Assembly: GCA_037131105.1 (NCBI GenBank)
Contig: JBAXRQ010000001.1
Location: 560,589 to 624,588, forward strand
Direction of reading: 5' to 3'
DNA from: a bacterium
GTDB taxonomy: Bacteria > Patescibacteriota > UBA1384 > CAILIB01
DNA length: 64,000 bases
In this document: positions 9,612 to 17,654 of the stretch, piece by piece
Layout: the number at the start of each line of letters is the position of its first letter
Position numbering within the stretch: position 1 is the first letter of the stretch
Made by a program: the position numbers and the translations under genes
The notes under the pieces: generated by a model
What the model was told of the DNA's origin: nothing
The model's input: the letters and a program-made list of their open reading frames with translations, nothing else
Database searches by the model: none

Positions 9612-10889
9612 ATGCGCCGACGACTGTGGATCAACTTCGCCCTTATTCTCGTACTTGCTGCAGCTGCCGCATTTATTAGCTTGCCTGCTACTCAAAGCCT
9701 ACGTATAGGTAGTATGTATCGCGACGTCTCACTTAGAGAAGGTCTTGACCTGAAAGGCGGAGCTCATTTGGTCTATGAGGCAGACACCTCGAAGATTGAC
9801 TCTGCAAACGTCGGTGCGGCCATGAACGGGGTGCGGGACGTTATCGAGGCTCGTGTCAACGGCTTAGGTGTCACCGAACCAGATATTAGACTTTCTTCGG
9901 TAGGTAGTAAGCCAGCTATCATCATCGACATGCCAGGAGTGTCAGATATCGAGAAGGCCAAGGGGCTAATCGGCTCCACCGCCAAGCTTGAGTTCAAGGA
10001 TGCGACCGGAAAGGTTCTGATGGAAGGAAGCGATCTAGAACCTCAAGGTGCATCTGCCGCTCCAGCAAACAATTCCACAGCCACTGCTGCCAAGGCCAAC
10101 TCCTGGCAGGTCAATATCACCCTGACCAGTACTGGCAAAGACAAGTTCGCCAAAGCCACTGCTGCAAATATTCAGAAGCAGATCGGAATTTACCTTGACG
10201 ACAAGCTGATCTCCAATCCTACCGTCAACAGTGCCATCACCGACGGCAGCGCCGTCATAAGTGGCAGCTTCACCGCCCAGCAGGCGGCCGACTTCGCACT
10301 CAAACTGAACTACGGCGCCCTTCCCGTTCCTATACACCTGACCCAAGAGCAGACCGTAGGGGCCAGCCTAGGTAGCGATGCCATCCACCAGACTCTCATA
10401 GCCGGTATCATCGGTATTCTACTCATCTTCCTCTTCATCATTGCCTACTACCGCTGGTGCGGTGTTGTAGCCACCCTAGCCCTGGTCGTTTACGCTCTGA
10501 TCAATGTCATGCTCTACAAGCTTCTTCCGGTCACCATGACCTTGGCAGGTATTGCCGGCTTCATTATCTCCATGGGTATTGCCGTGGACACCAACATCCT
10601 GACCTTCGAACGTTTGAAAGAAGAGCTACGCCTCGGCAAAGCTATGCCCGTAGCCATCCAGGAAGCCTTTAAGCGCGCCTGGACCAGCATCCGTGACTCC
10701 CATGTGTCAGGCCTGATCTCGGCAGTGATCATCTTCAGCTTTGCGTCCGGCCCGGTACGTGGATTCGCCCTGGTACTGATCATCGGTACCTTACTCAGCC
10801 TGTTCTCGGCTATCACCGTTACCCGTACCTGGATGCTTCTTATCGCCGGCAGCCGCTTCCAGAAGCTGCTCAATATTGCCAAGGCCTAA
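9612..10889 (+). CDS. secD: Protein translocase subunit SecD
   Basis: N-terminal signal anchor, periplasmic domain, C-terminal 6 transmembrane segments with SecD motifs; followed by secF. Confidence 0.9.
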   Translation: MRRRLWINFALILVLAAAAAFISLPATQSLRIGSMYRDVSLREGLDLKGGAHLVYEADTSKIDSANVGAAMNGVRDVIEARVNGLGVTEPDIRLSSVGSKPAIIIDMPGVSDIEKAKGLIGSTAKLEFKDATGKVLMEGSDLEPQGASAAPANNSTATAAKANSWQVNITLTSTGKDKFAKATAANIQKQIGIYLDDKLISNPTVNSAITDGSAVISGSFTAQQAADFALKLNYGALPVPIHLTQEQTVGASLGSDAIHQTLIAGIIGILLIFLFIIAYYRWCGVVATLALVVYALINVMLYKLLPVTMTLAGIAGFIISMGIAVDTNILTFERLKEELRLGKAMPVAIQEAFKRAWTSIRDSHVSGLISAVIIFSFASGPVRGFALVLIIGTLLSLFSAITVTRTWMLLIAGSRFQKLLNIAKA

Positions 10890-10904
10890 CCAACACATAC
10901 CACC

Positions 10905-11864
10905 ATGTCTAGCCTTCATCGTAACTTCGACATCATTGGTACCCGCACCCGCTGGTACATCCTTTCGTTGGTATTGATCCTACCTGGTATTATTTCACTT
11001 ATCGTCTGGGGTCTGCCCGTAGGCATCGACTTTAAGGGTGGCACCATGCAGGAGCTACATTTTACCGGTACCGCACCGGGAATAGACCAAGTCCGCACCG
11101 AGCTAGCCGGTACTAAGATCAACGGTCTCGGAGTGCAGAGCTCTAGCGGCAATGACCTCATTATCCGCTTCCCAATCACCGACAATGGCCAGGCACGCGA
11201 CGCTGGCAACAAAATCCTTGCCCAGGTAAAGAAAGATCATCCTGGCGCTACCGAGACCTCCTTCCAGAGTATCGGCGGATCAGTGGCAAGCTCCACAACG
11301 ACTAAGGCAGCCGAGGCTGTGGTCATCACCTCTATAGCCATCATCTTCTTTATCGCCTGGTCCTTTGGCTCGGTGCCCAAGCCTGCATCTTCCTGGCGCT
11401 TCGGGGTGACAGCCATCCTGGCCCTGGCCCATGACATCCTATTCATGGTCGGCGCTTTCTCTTTGATCGGACACTTCTTCCCCGGAGTAGAAGTTGACTC
11501 TCTATTTATTACGGCTGTCCTTACTATTCTAGGCTTCTCCACCAACGACACCATCGTGGTATTTGACCGTATCCGTGAAAACCTGCGCCGCAGTCCGGGA
11601 CGCAGTTTTGCTGAGATCGCGAATAGCAGTCTGAACCAGACCCTGGCCCGCTCACTGAACACCTCAATGACCGTGCTGATCGTACTGATCACCCTACTGG
11701 TACTGGGAGGTCCTTCTATCCGGAACTTTATCTTAGCCCTGACCCTCGGTGTAGCCATCGGAACCTATTCGTCGATATTTAACGCCAGCCCGCTGCTGGT
11801 CAGTTGGCAGGAGTTTGCCGATCGCCGGGCTGAAAAAACCGCTGCAGCCGCCAAGAAGAAATAA
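10905..11864 (+). CDS. secF: Protein translocase subunit SecF
   Basis: SecF motifs (GIDFKGGT, VVFDRIRENL), adjacent to secD. Confidence 0.9.
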   Translation: MSSLHRNFDIIGTRTRWYILSLVLILPGIISLIVWGLPVGIDFKGGTMQELHFTGTAPGIDQVRTELAGTKINGLGVQSSSGNDLIIRFPITDNGQARDAGNKILAQVKKDHPGATETSFQSIGGSVASSTTTKAAEAVVITSIAIIFFIAWSFGSVPKPASSWRFGVTAILALAHDILFMVGAFSLIGHFFPGVEVDSLFITAVLTILGFSTNDTIVVFDRIRENLRRSPGRSFAEIANSSLNQTLARSLNTSMTVLIVLITLLVLGGPSIRNFILALTLGVAIGTYSSIFNASPLLVSWQEFADRRAEKTAAAAKKK

Positions 11865-11966
11865 TACGGACCAAAGTCTTCCCGTCTCACTGTCCTCAAA
11901 CCTACATACCCACACGGTACTGCGGAGGCGAGACGATAAAGACCATGGCTCCGTATCCAGGTAGCG

Positions 11967-12548
11967 CTACCCAAGGATACTGAAGTGGGCCTTGATCTTA
12001 TCCAGGGCCTGGCGTAGATCGGCCTCGGTCTCCTCGGCATTGCCGTCATTTCGCACTACAAGGTCCATTAAGGCCCTGTCAGCCTTGTACGGCCTCACTT
12101 GGTTGTCCCACTGGTTATTATAGAGCTCTTCGGTCAGTACAAGGCCTTTGGCGGCATAGCGCTGGACAATAGTCTCGCGAGAGGCCTCAACCCAGATATT
12201 CAGCCCGCCGTGGCGGTGGATGGCCTTAAGGTTGTCTGCTAGCCTGAGTCCCGTGAGCGCCACACCTTCGACTCCCTGGGAACGGGCGTCACGCAAGCTC
12301 AGGTCCAGCCAGATATCAGGTCCGAAGGCATCATGCCCAGCCTTTGAAACCTGGGTGATCGGGCGTCGCACGGCATCCTTACGATCCTCGTCAGACGAAT
12401 CAATCTCATACGTATGCAGGGCGTCCAGCAGCCGGCGAATGGGCAGGGACGTGGGGTAGGAGATGAATTCCGGCAGGCGTCGGGACAGTTCCTCGGCGAT
12501 ATAGTCCTTGCCGGCGCGGAGATCGCCATAGGTGGCCACGATATGCAT
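11967..12548 (-). CDS. P-loop kinase, phage-type deoxynucleoside monophosphate kinase-like
   Basis: N-terminal ATYGDLRAGKDY resembles the GxxRSGKD P-loop of the dNMP kinase family; 193 aa. Confidence 0.45.
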   Translation of the reverse strand: MHIVATYGDLRAGKDYIAEELSRRLPEFISYPTSLPIRRLLDALHTYEIDSSDEDRKDAVRRPITQVSKAGHDAFGPDIWLDLSLRDARSQGVEGVALTGLRLADNLKAIHRHGGLNIWVEASRETIVQRYAAKGLVLTEELYNNQWDNQVRPYKADRALMDLVVRNDGNAEETEADLRQALDKIKAHFSILG

Positions 12549-12745
12549 AAGGCGGGGTTAGTGGAAGGGAGATACTGAGCGCAGTTCAAGGAAAAGACGA
12601 GTATCCGACCGAGACGTACTTGAGGTACGGTGAGAAAGGAACGGAGACTTTGACGCAGAAATACGCCAGTACCTGCCTTCCACCGGAATTGACTGTTTCC
12701 AGATTATAGCTTAGCATAACCTCATACAAAACCTAAGTACCGACC

Positions 12746-13297
12746 ATGGCAGGCAGCATCTACATACTTTCCGGCATCTCAGGTAGTGGTAAGAGCACTA
12801 TCAGTGACCTACTTATAGAGCGGCACCCAAATATTGCCCGGTCCATTACGCTGACCACCCGCAAGCCCCGCGAAGGCGAGCTGTTTGGCTTTCACTATTA
12901 TTTTACCAGCCCGGAGATCTTTAGCTGGCTGCAGGAGACCAACCAGCTGCTTGAGTTCACCCAAGTGTACGGAGATACCTTCTACGGCACTCTGAAGGTC
13001 TCAGTGGAGAAACTAATCACAGCCGGACGCGATGTACTGTTCGTGGTTGATAGTCGTGGAGTCGACCAAGTTACCGAACATTTCCCGAACGCACGTAGTT
13101 TGTTCCTCAAAGCACCTAGTGACGATGAGCAGCGAAAACGTTTGGAAGGGCGGGGTACCACCGGAAATGACCTGGAAATTCGCGTTGCCAAGGCCCACGA
13201 GGAACTTATCTGGGCCGAGAAGAAGGGTCTACCAGTAGTTGTGAACGACAGCCTTCACGTGGCGTTGAGTGAAGTAGAACGAATCTTCTTCGCCTAA
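12746..13297 (+). CDS. gmk: Guanylate kinase
   Basis: GISGSGKST P-loop and the TTRKPREGE..G..YYF guanylate kinase signature. Confidence 0.9.
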   Translation: MAGSIYILSGISGSGKSTISDLLIERHPNIARSITLTTRKPREGELFGFHYYFTSPEIFSWLQETNQLLEFTQVYGDTFYGTLKVSVEKLITAGRDVLFVVDSRGVDQVTEHFPNARSLFLKAPSDDEQRKRLEGRGTTGNDLEIRVAKAHEELIWAEKKGLPVVVNDSLHVALSEVERIFFA

Positions 13298-13324
13298 TAC
13301 AAAAATAGGCTAGGGGAGTACTTA

Positions 13325-13353
13325 TTGACACTCTGATGCAGACCTGGGAGAAT
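13325..13353 (+). promoter_or_regulatory. Putative sigma70 promoter TTGACA-17-GAGAAT upstream of the low-GC ORF
   Basis: Consensus -35, weak -10, followed by GGAGGTGA SD. Confidence 0.35.
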
Positions 13354-13373
13354 GCGCCCAGGAGGTGATTCCT

Positions 13374-13862
13374 GTGTATTTGTACAGCAACTTGGACATT
13401 AATACTTTGCCATTCGCAAGACTGAGTGCAGAGGCGGCAGTCTATGGGGGAAACCTATTCGATACCGCCTGCCATCGCCTAGCATCAATGACTGTTAGCC
13501 TCGAGAACTTCGCGTATACGCCACTGAATTCAACGTCGATATCTGAGCTCCGTTCATATATGCGATGCATACTTTCTGAGTGCTTTATTGTACTTATCTT
13601 AATGGAAGTCCCCGGGCTACATGTACTCGAGCTACTCAGAAACCATGGACTAACTACAGACCAGTGTACCGAAGCCGAACAAGTCATCAAGACGTTTTGG
13701 AGCGTCGTCACATCTGTTGATACTACTCTTGTTCATGAAATTCCCAAGATTATTGAGCAGGGGATAGCACGTGAACTCATAGCTGGACTACATATCATAA
13801 ATGAGTGTAGAGCGTATGGGGAAGACGACTCCAAAGAGCGGCAAGAGGACTCGCATCCTTAG
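13374..13862 (+). CDS. Hypothetical protein in an AT-rich segment (start set at the GTG 8 nt after GGAGG)
   Basis: Only sizeable ORF in the 13.3-14.15 kb AT-rich stretch; good SD; composition differs from neighbours. Confidence 0.3.
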   Translation: MYLYSNLDINTLPFARLSAEAAVYGGNLFDTACHRLASMTVSLENFAYTPLNSTSISELRSYMRCILSECFIVLILMEVPGLHVLELLRNHGLTTDQCTEAEQVIKTFWSVVTSVDTTLVHEIPKIIEQGIARELIAGLHIINECRAYGEDDSKERQEDSHP

Positions 13863-14144
13863 AGGAAATACTTATCAAGGAGGCAATAGCTCGTAACTAG
13901 TAAGAAGACCGAAGGATCGAACATTCAGAATCGCCACGGGCACTCACAATGAGACCCGTGGCAAACACAATTATAATGTCTTACAATGTATGTTCTAAGT
14001 CCTTATAGGTGGCGATTTGGCAACGCAGATATAATTAGACGATGGAGATTACCTGTATGAATATAAGCTCTGATAAATCAAATTATGAATATTTTCGCGC
14101 TATTTCCTGTTAAACCCGCGTAAATCTTATTCTTTCTATACGCC

Positions 14145-17072
14145 CTATTCCTCCCGTGAGTCAGCCGGATCCGGCCCCCACATAGACATCCCCTCGTTCG
14201 CAGTTTGTTCGGGAAGGGCGAGAGGGTCAGGGGACTCAGCTGCGGCTTTTTGGGCAAGCTCCTTGGCCAGGCGTTTTTGCTCAAGCTTCTCCAAAACCTC
14301 TTTTTCAGGCTCGCCTAAGAACCACTTCAGTCCTCCTTTTTGCGACACCTCCTTGTATACCCACTCATCCAAGACCTTCAAGGGCTTTTCTTTGCGTGGC
14401 GGCTTGGGAACTCCCCCACCCTCCTGCTCCATGGGAACTACGAACGGCTCAGCTACTTCAAGCTGAATAATCTCGTTCGGTTTTTGTTCGTATACTACGG
14501 GAGCCGGTATCGGCTCGGTAACCATAGGTAATGGCACAGGCGTCTCTAGGACGGCTACTGGAGCAGGCGCAAGTGTAGCCACTGGTACAGGCTGAGGAAC
14601 AGGTAGAGGCTGCGGAGCAGGCGCTACCGGCTGCACTGGAGGACTCATCGGAGTCCGGATCGCTAATGACTCCCCGCTCTTCAAGATCTCCTGTGCCACG
14701 TTCTTAGCCTCTTCCACCTCACGCTTCTTCTTGTATCCTGCCGTCTCGTCAATAACCAGCTCCACTTCCTCACGAGGACGAGCGTAACGTTCACGAGAAT
14801 ACTGCATGACCAAATCACGGTTCGACTCCCCTATCTCCTTAGGCATCATGGTCTGGGCCGAGAAGGCAGGAGTGGCGATGCCATCCACCAGCAGCTTCAC
14901 ATAGACATGCCCTCTCTGCAGGTTCACCAGGTCGTTGGCATCAAAGACGGGAGCAAACTCTTTGACCAGCACGTCAGCGTCAGGAGCACCTATCCGAAAG
15001 CTTACCATAGTACCAACATTACCAATGACAGCGTCACGCACAGCCTCTGACATCTGGGCGATGTACTGGTGAGCGATGGTTAGTCCCAGGCCGTACTTAC
15101 GGGCTTCAGAAAGAATGGTAGCAAATGACTCGGTGGCAAAGTTCTGGAACTCATCCACGTACAGGAAGCAGTCAGGCCGCTCAGCCGCAGTTACATTTGC
15201 CCGGCTCATAGCCGCAAGCTGCACCTTGGTGATCATCATGGCACCGAGCAGGGCCATGTTGTCTTCACCTATCTTACCCTTTGACAGGTTTACCACCAGG
15301 ATCTTCTGTTCATCCATGATCTGACGTATATCGATGGACGAGGTAGGCTGCCCAACGATATTTCGCATGGTTGAGGTGGACAGGAACTGGCCGACCTTGT
15401 TCAGGATGGATCCAGGAGCTTCCGCCCGCTGTTGTGGCGACATACTCAGCCACTCATTACTCCAGAAGTCCTTAATAACTACATCCTTGATCTGGGCCAC
15501 TATGGACTCCCGGAAGGCATTGTCAGTGAGCATGCGGGGAATACCCAGCATAGTGGGGTTATCTGAGTCCAAGAGAGCGAGTACTGTATTTCTGAGAATG
15601 TATTCAAGGCGAGGACCCCAGGAATCAGAGTAGAGCTTCTTAAAGATGCCGATGAAGCCCGACGCCACCATCCCCTTGTACTCATCCGCTACCTTCTCAA
15701 GAGGGTTGAAGGAGATCGGGAAGTCACGGTCAGAGGGATCAAAGACCACCACGTCCTTTACCCGGTGAGGCGGCACGCTGTCGATGATCTTGTCGGCCAG
15801 TTCTCCGTGCGGATCCACTACCACAACTCCCCTGCCCTCCATCACATCATCGATGATCATATTCTCAAGCAGGGTGGATTTACCCACACCAGACTTACCA
15901 ATGACGTAGATATGGCGCTTTCGGTCGTCTAGCTTGATACCGAACTCTCGTGAGCTGTTACGGAAGTCGGTCTTACCAAGAACGGTAAGTTCCTTAGGCT
16001 CCACCTCATCCTTGAACGGTAGGTTGAACGGAGCTTCGCCCTTCTTAGAGCCGGCCCAGGAGATAGCCGAGGTCTCTACCGCCTTGGTTGGGAAATGGTA
16101 CAGAGAAGCCAGCTCCTCAATGTTCAGGACGCCGCCCTTCTCCTCAAACTGACGGGTGATGTACTTCGTCCAGGAAGCATGGTCATCGACCAGAGTCGAA
16201 ACCCCCCTGAAGCCGTTGAGGTTGGTGGTGTTGTACTGCTTCAGGGCTGCCAGCATAGCCTGGGAGCGTGACTTGGCGGTCTGGGCCTCGTTGGCGATTA
16301 CAACCAGCCTAAATAAGCTTTCAAAACCTAACTTGGTGATCTTGGTCTCAATCCCCTTCAAAGCGGCCTCTTCAGGCGCAGAAAGCTTCGGGGGCTCCTT
16401 AGGACCGCTTCCGGCCGCGTCCCCTACCCCGGATCCCGGCACCACCATCTCCTGCAGTATGCGGGCACCGAAACGGACCACCTTGGCAGCCGCACCTCCC
16501 CCTCCTCCCATGTCTCCGCTTCGTATGGCCTTTACGTGGGCTACTCCGCGATTCTGCCATTCGTCCCCTACCGGCCGCACTACGATTTGCAGCCAGACCT
16601 GTTCACCCTCATTTAGACCAGCCATTACGGCGGTAATACTTGCCAACGGGTCCACCCCTTCGGAAGCCGTTACTGTCTTGATAGGATACACATCCTCCTT
16701 GGTAAGCTCAATCTTGGTAGTACCCACGTGCTTGCCCTCAAGCTCTACCTGCTTGGTATAGTCAGTCACCTGATGGATCTGCAGGTCGGGATACTGGGCA
16801 TAGAGCTGTCCTTCGATGAAGTCCCTCAAATGTAAAGGCGTGAATACATAAAAGATGATCGAGTCCTTCACCGCCACTATCTCAAAGCTTACGTGCTCCT
16901 GGACAATGGGATCCTCTCGGTAGATGCCGTGCAGCGCTGAGAAGAACTGCTCAGCACTGGCGGCAGTCTTCTCGTTTTCCTTGGCCACTTGGATCGCCAG
17001 CACCACAAAGGTCTGGGACTCCAACCACTCTGCTCGGCGTTTCAGATCATTCGGCTTGGACCATAGGGCCAT
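14145..17072 (-). CDS. FtsK/HerA/VirD4-superfamily ATPase A (975 aa): novel ~390-aa N-terminal domain, Walker A GKSGVGKST, VVVDPHGE, Walker B YVDEFQNF, Pro-rich C-terminal tail
   Basis: Motif order matches type IV coupling-protein/HerA ATPases; paralogous to 17655-20270. Confidence 0.7.
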   Translation of the reverse strand: MALWSKPNDLKRRAEWLESQTFVVLAIQVAKENEKTAASAEQFFSALHGIYREDPIVQEHVSFEIVAVKDSIIFYVFTPLHLRDFIEGQLYAQYPDLQIHQVTDYTKQVELEGKHVGTTKIELTKEDVYPIKTVTASEGVDPLASITAVMAGLNEGEQVWLQIVVRPVGDEWQNRGVAHVKAIRSGDMGGGGGAAAKVVRFGARILQEMVVPGSGVGDAAGSGPKEPPKLSAPEEAALKGIETKITKLGFESLFRLVVIANEAQTAKSRSQAMLAALKQYNTTNLNGFRGVSTLVDDHASWTKYITRQFEEKGGVLNIEELASLYHFPTKAVETSAISWAGSKKGEAPFNLPFKDEVEPKELTVLGKTDFRNSSREFGIKLDDRKRHIYVIGKSGVGKSTLLENMIIDDVMEGRGVVVVDPHGELADKIIDSVPPHRVKDVVVFDPSDRDFPISFNPLEKVADEYKGMVASGFIGIFKKLYSDSWGPRLEYILRNTVLALLDSDNPTMLGIPRMLTDNAFRESIVAQIKDVVIKDFWSNEWLSMSPQQRAEAPGSILNKVGQFLSTSTMRNIVGQPTSSIDIRQIMDEQKILVVNLSKGKIGEDNMALLGAMMITKVQLAAMSRANVTAAERPDCFLYVDEFQNFATESFATILSEARKYGLGLTIAHQYIAQMSEAVRDAVIGNVGTMVSFRIGAPDADVLVKEFAPVFDANDLVNLQRGHVYVKLLVDGIATPAFSAQTMMPKEIGESNRDLVMQYSRERYARPREEVELVIDETAGYKKKREVEEAKNVAQEILKSGESLAIRTPMSPPVQPVAPAPQPLPVPQPVPVATLAPAPVAVLETPVPLPMVTEPIPAPVVYEQKPNEIIQLEVAEPFVVPMEQEGGGVPKPPRKEKPLKVLDEWVYKEVSQKGGLKWFLGEPEKEVLEKLEQKRLAKELAQKAAAESPDPLALPEQTANEGMSMWGPDPADSREE

Positions 17073-17085
17073 GGTTTGGGTTCGA

Positions 17086-17613
17086 TTAAAGCATATTGTC
17101 GATCACCGCCCAACGGGAGGGATGATCGGCGGGAATAAGTAGCATAACCTTGTCTCCCAAATGAAGATTAAAGAGTGACATGTAATAAGTCACTGATGCG
17201 GTCAGGATGCTATAGGTGTTGCCGTCCTCAGCATCCACCACATAGTGGTTACCCTCGGCTCGCAGTACACCTGGAATAGTCGAACGCTCGATGGGGCCAA
17301 GCTGCTTGTAGAAGAACTTGCCATCCGGAGTGATATAGAGCTTAAGCGGATCGCCTTCGACTAGCTTGCTTTTGGAGGCGTAGTTTGAGGAAACCTGGTA
17401 TCCCTTGCCGTTATAGTCAACCATCCTCTCGCCGTCAAAGATACCCTCGATCCCGTCGTCAGTACCAGACTGCTCCTGCAGCGCATAGGTAGGCTGGGCA
17501 GCATAACCAGCCGCTCCTACCCCTAATAGCTGCCGCAGATCACGTATATCCTGCTCGATCCGCTCTAACAGTCGCGCCGCCCGCTCAGCATTTCCATCGG
17601 TATTTGTTTCCAT
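17086..17613 (-). CDS. Hypothetical protein (175 aa) between the two ATPase genes
   Basis: Tightly packed within the operon (13-nt and 41-nt gaps); AAAGG SD. Confidence 0.5.
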   Translation of the reverse strand: METNTDGNAERAARLLERIEQDIRDLRQLLGVGAAGYAAQPTYALQEQSGTDDGIEGIFDGERMVDYNGKGYQVSSNYASKSKLVEGDPLKLYITPDGKFFYKQLGPIERSTIPGVLRAEGNHYVVDAEDGNTYSILTASVTYYMSLFNLHLGDKVMLLIPADHPSRWAVIDNML

Positions 17614-17654
17614 ACCTTTATTTAGTTTTTGATCTTAGGATCACTATATTCTTT

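Noticed and set aside
13890-13975. tRNA-like fragment (GGATCGAAC reads as the reverse complement of a T-loop) in the AT-rich scar
   Set aside because: No acceptor stem, D-arm or 5-bp anticodon stem can be built. The only stable hairpin has a 7-bp stem with a 14-nt loop. It is kept only as a possible decayed remnant.
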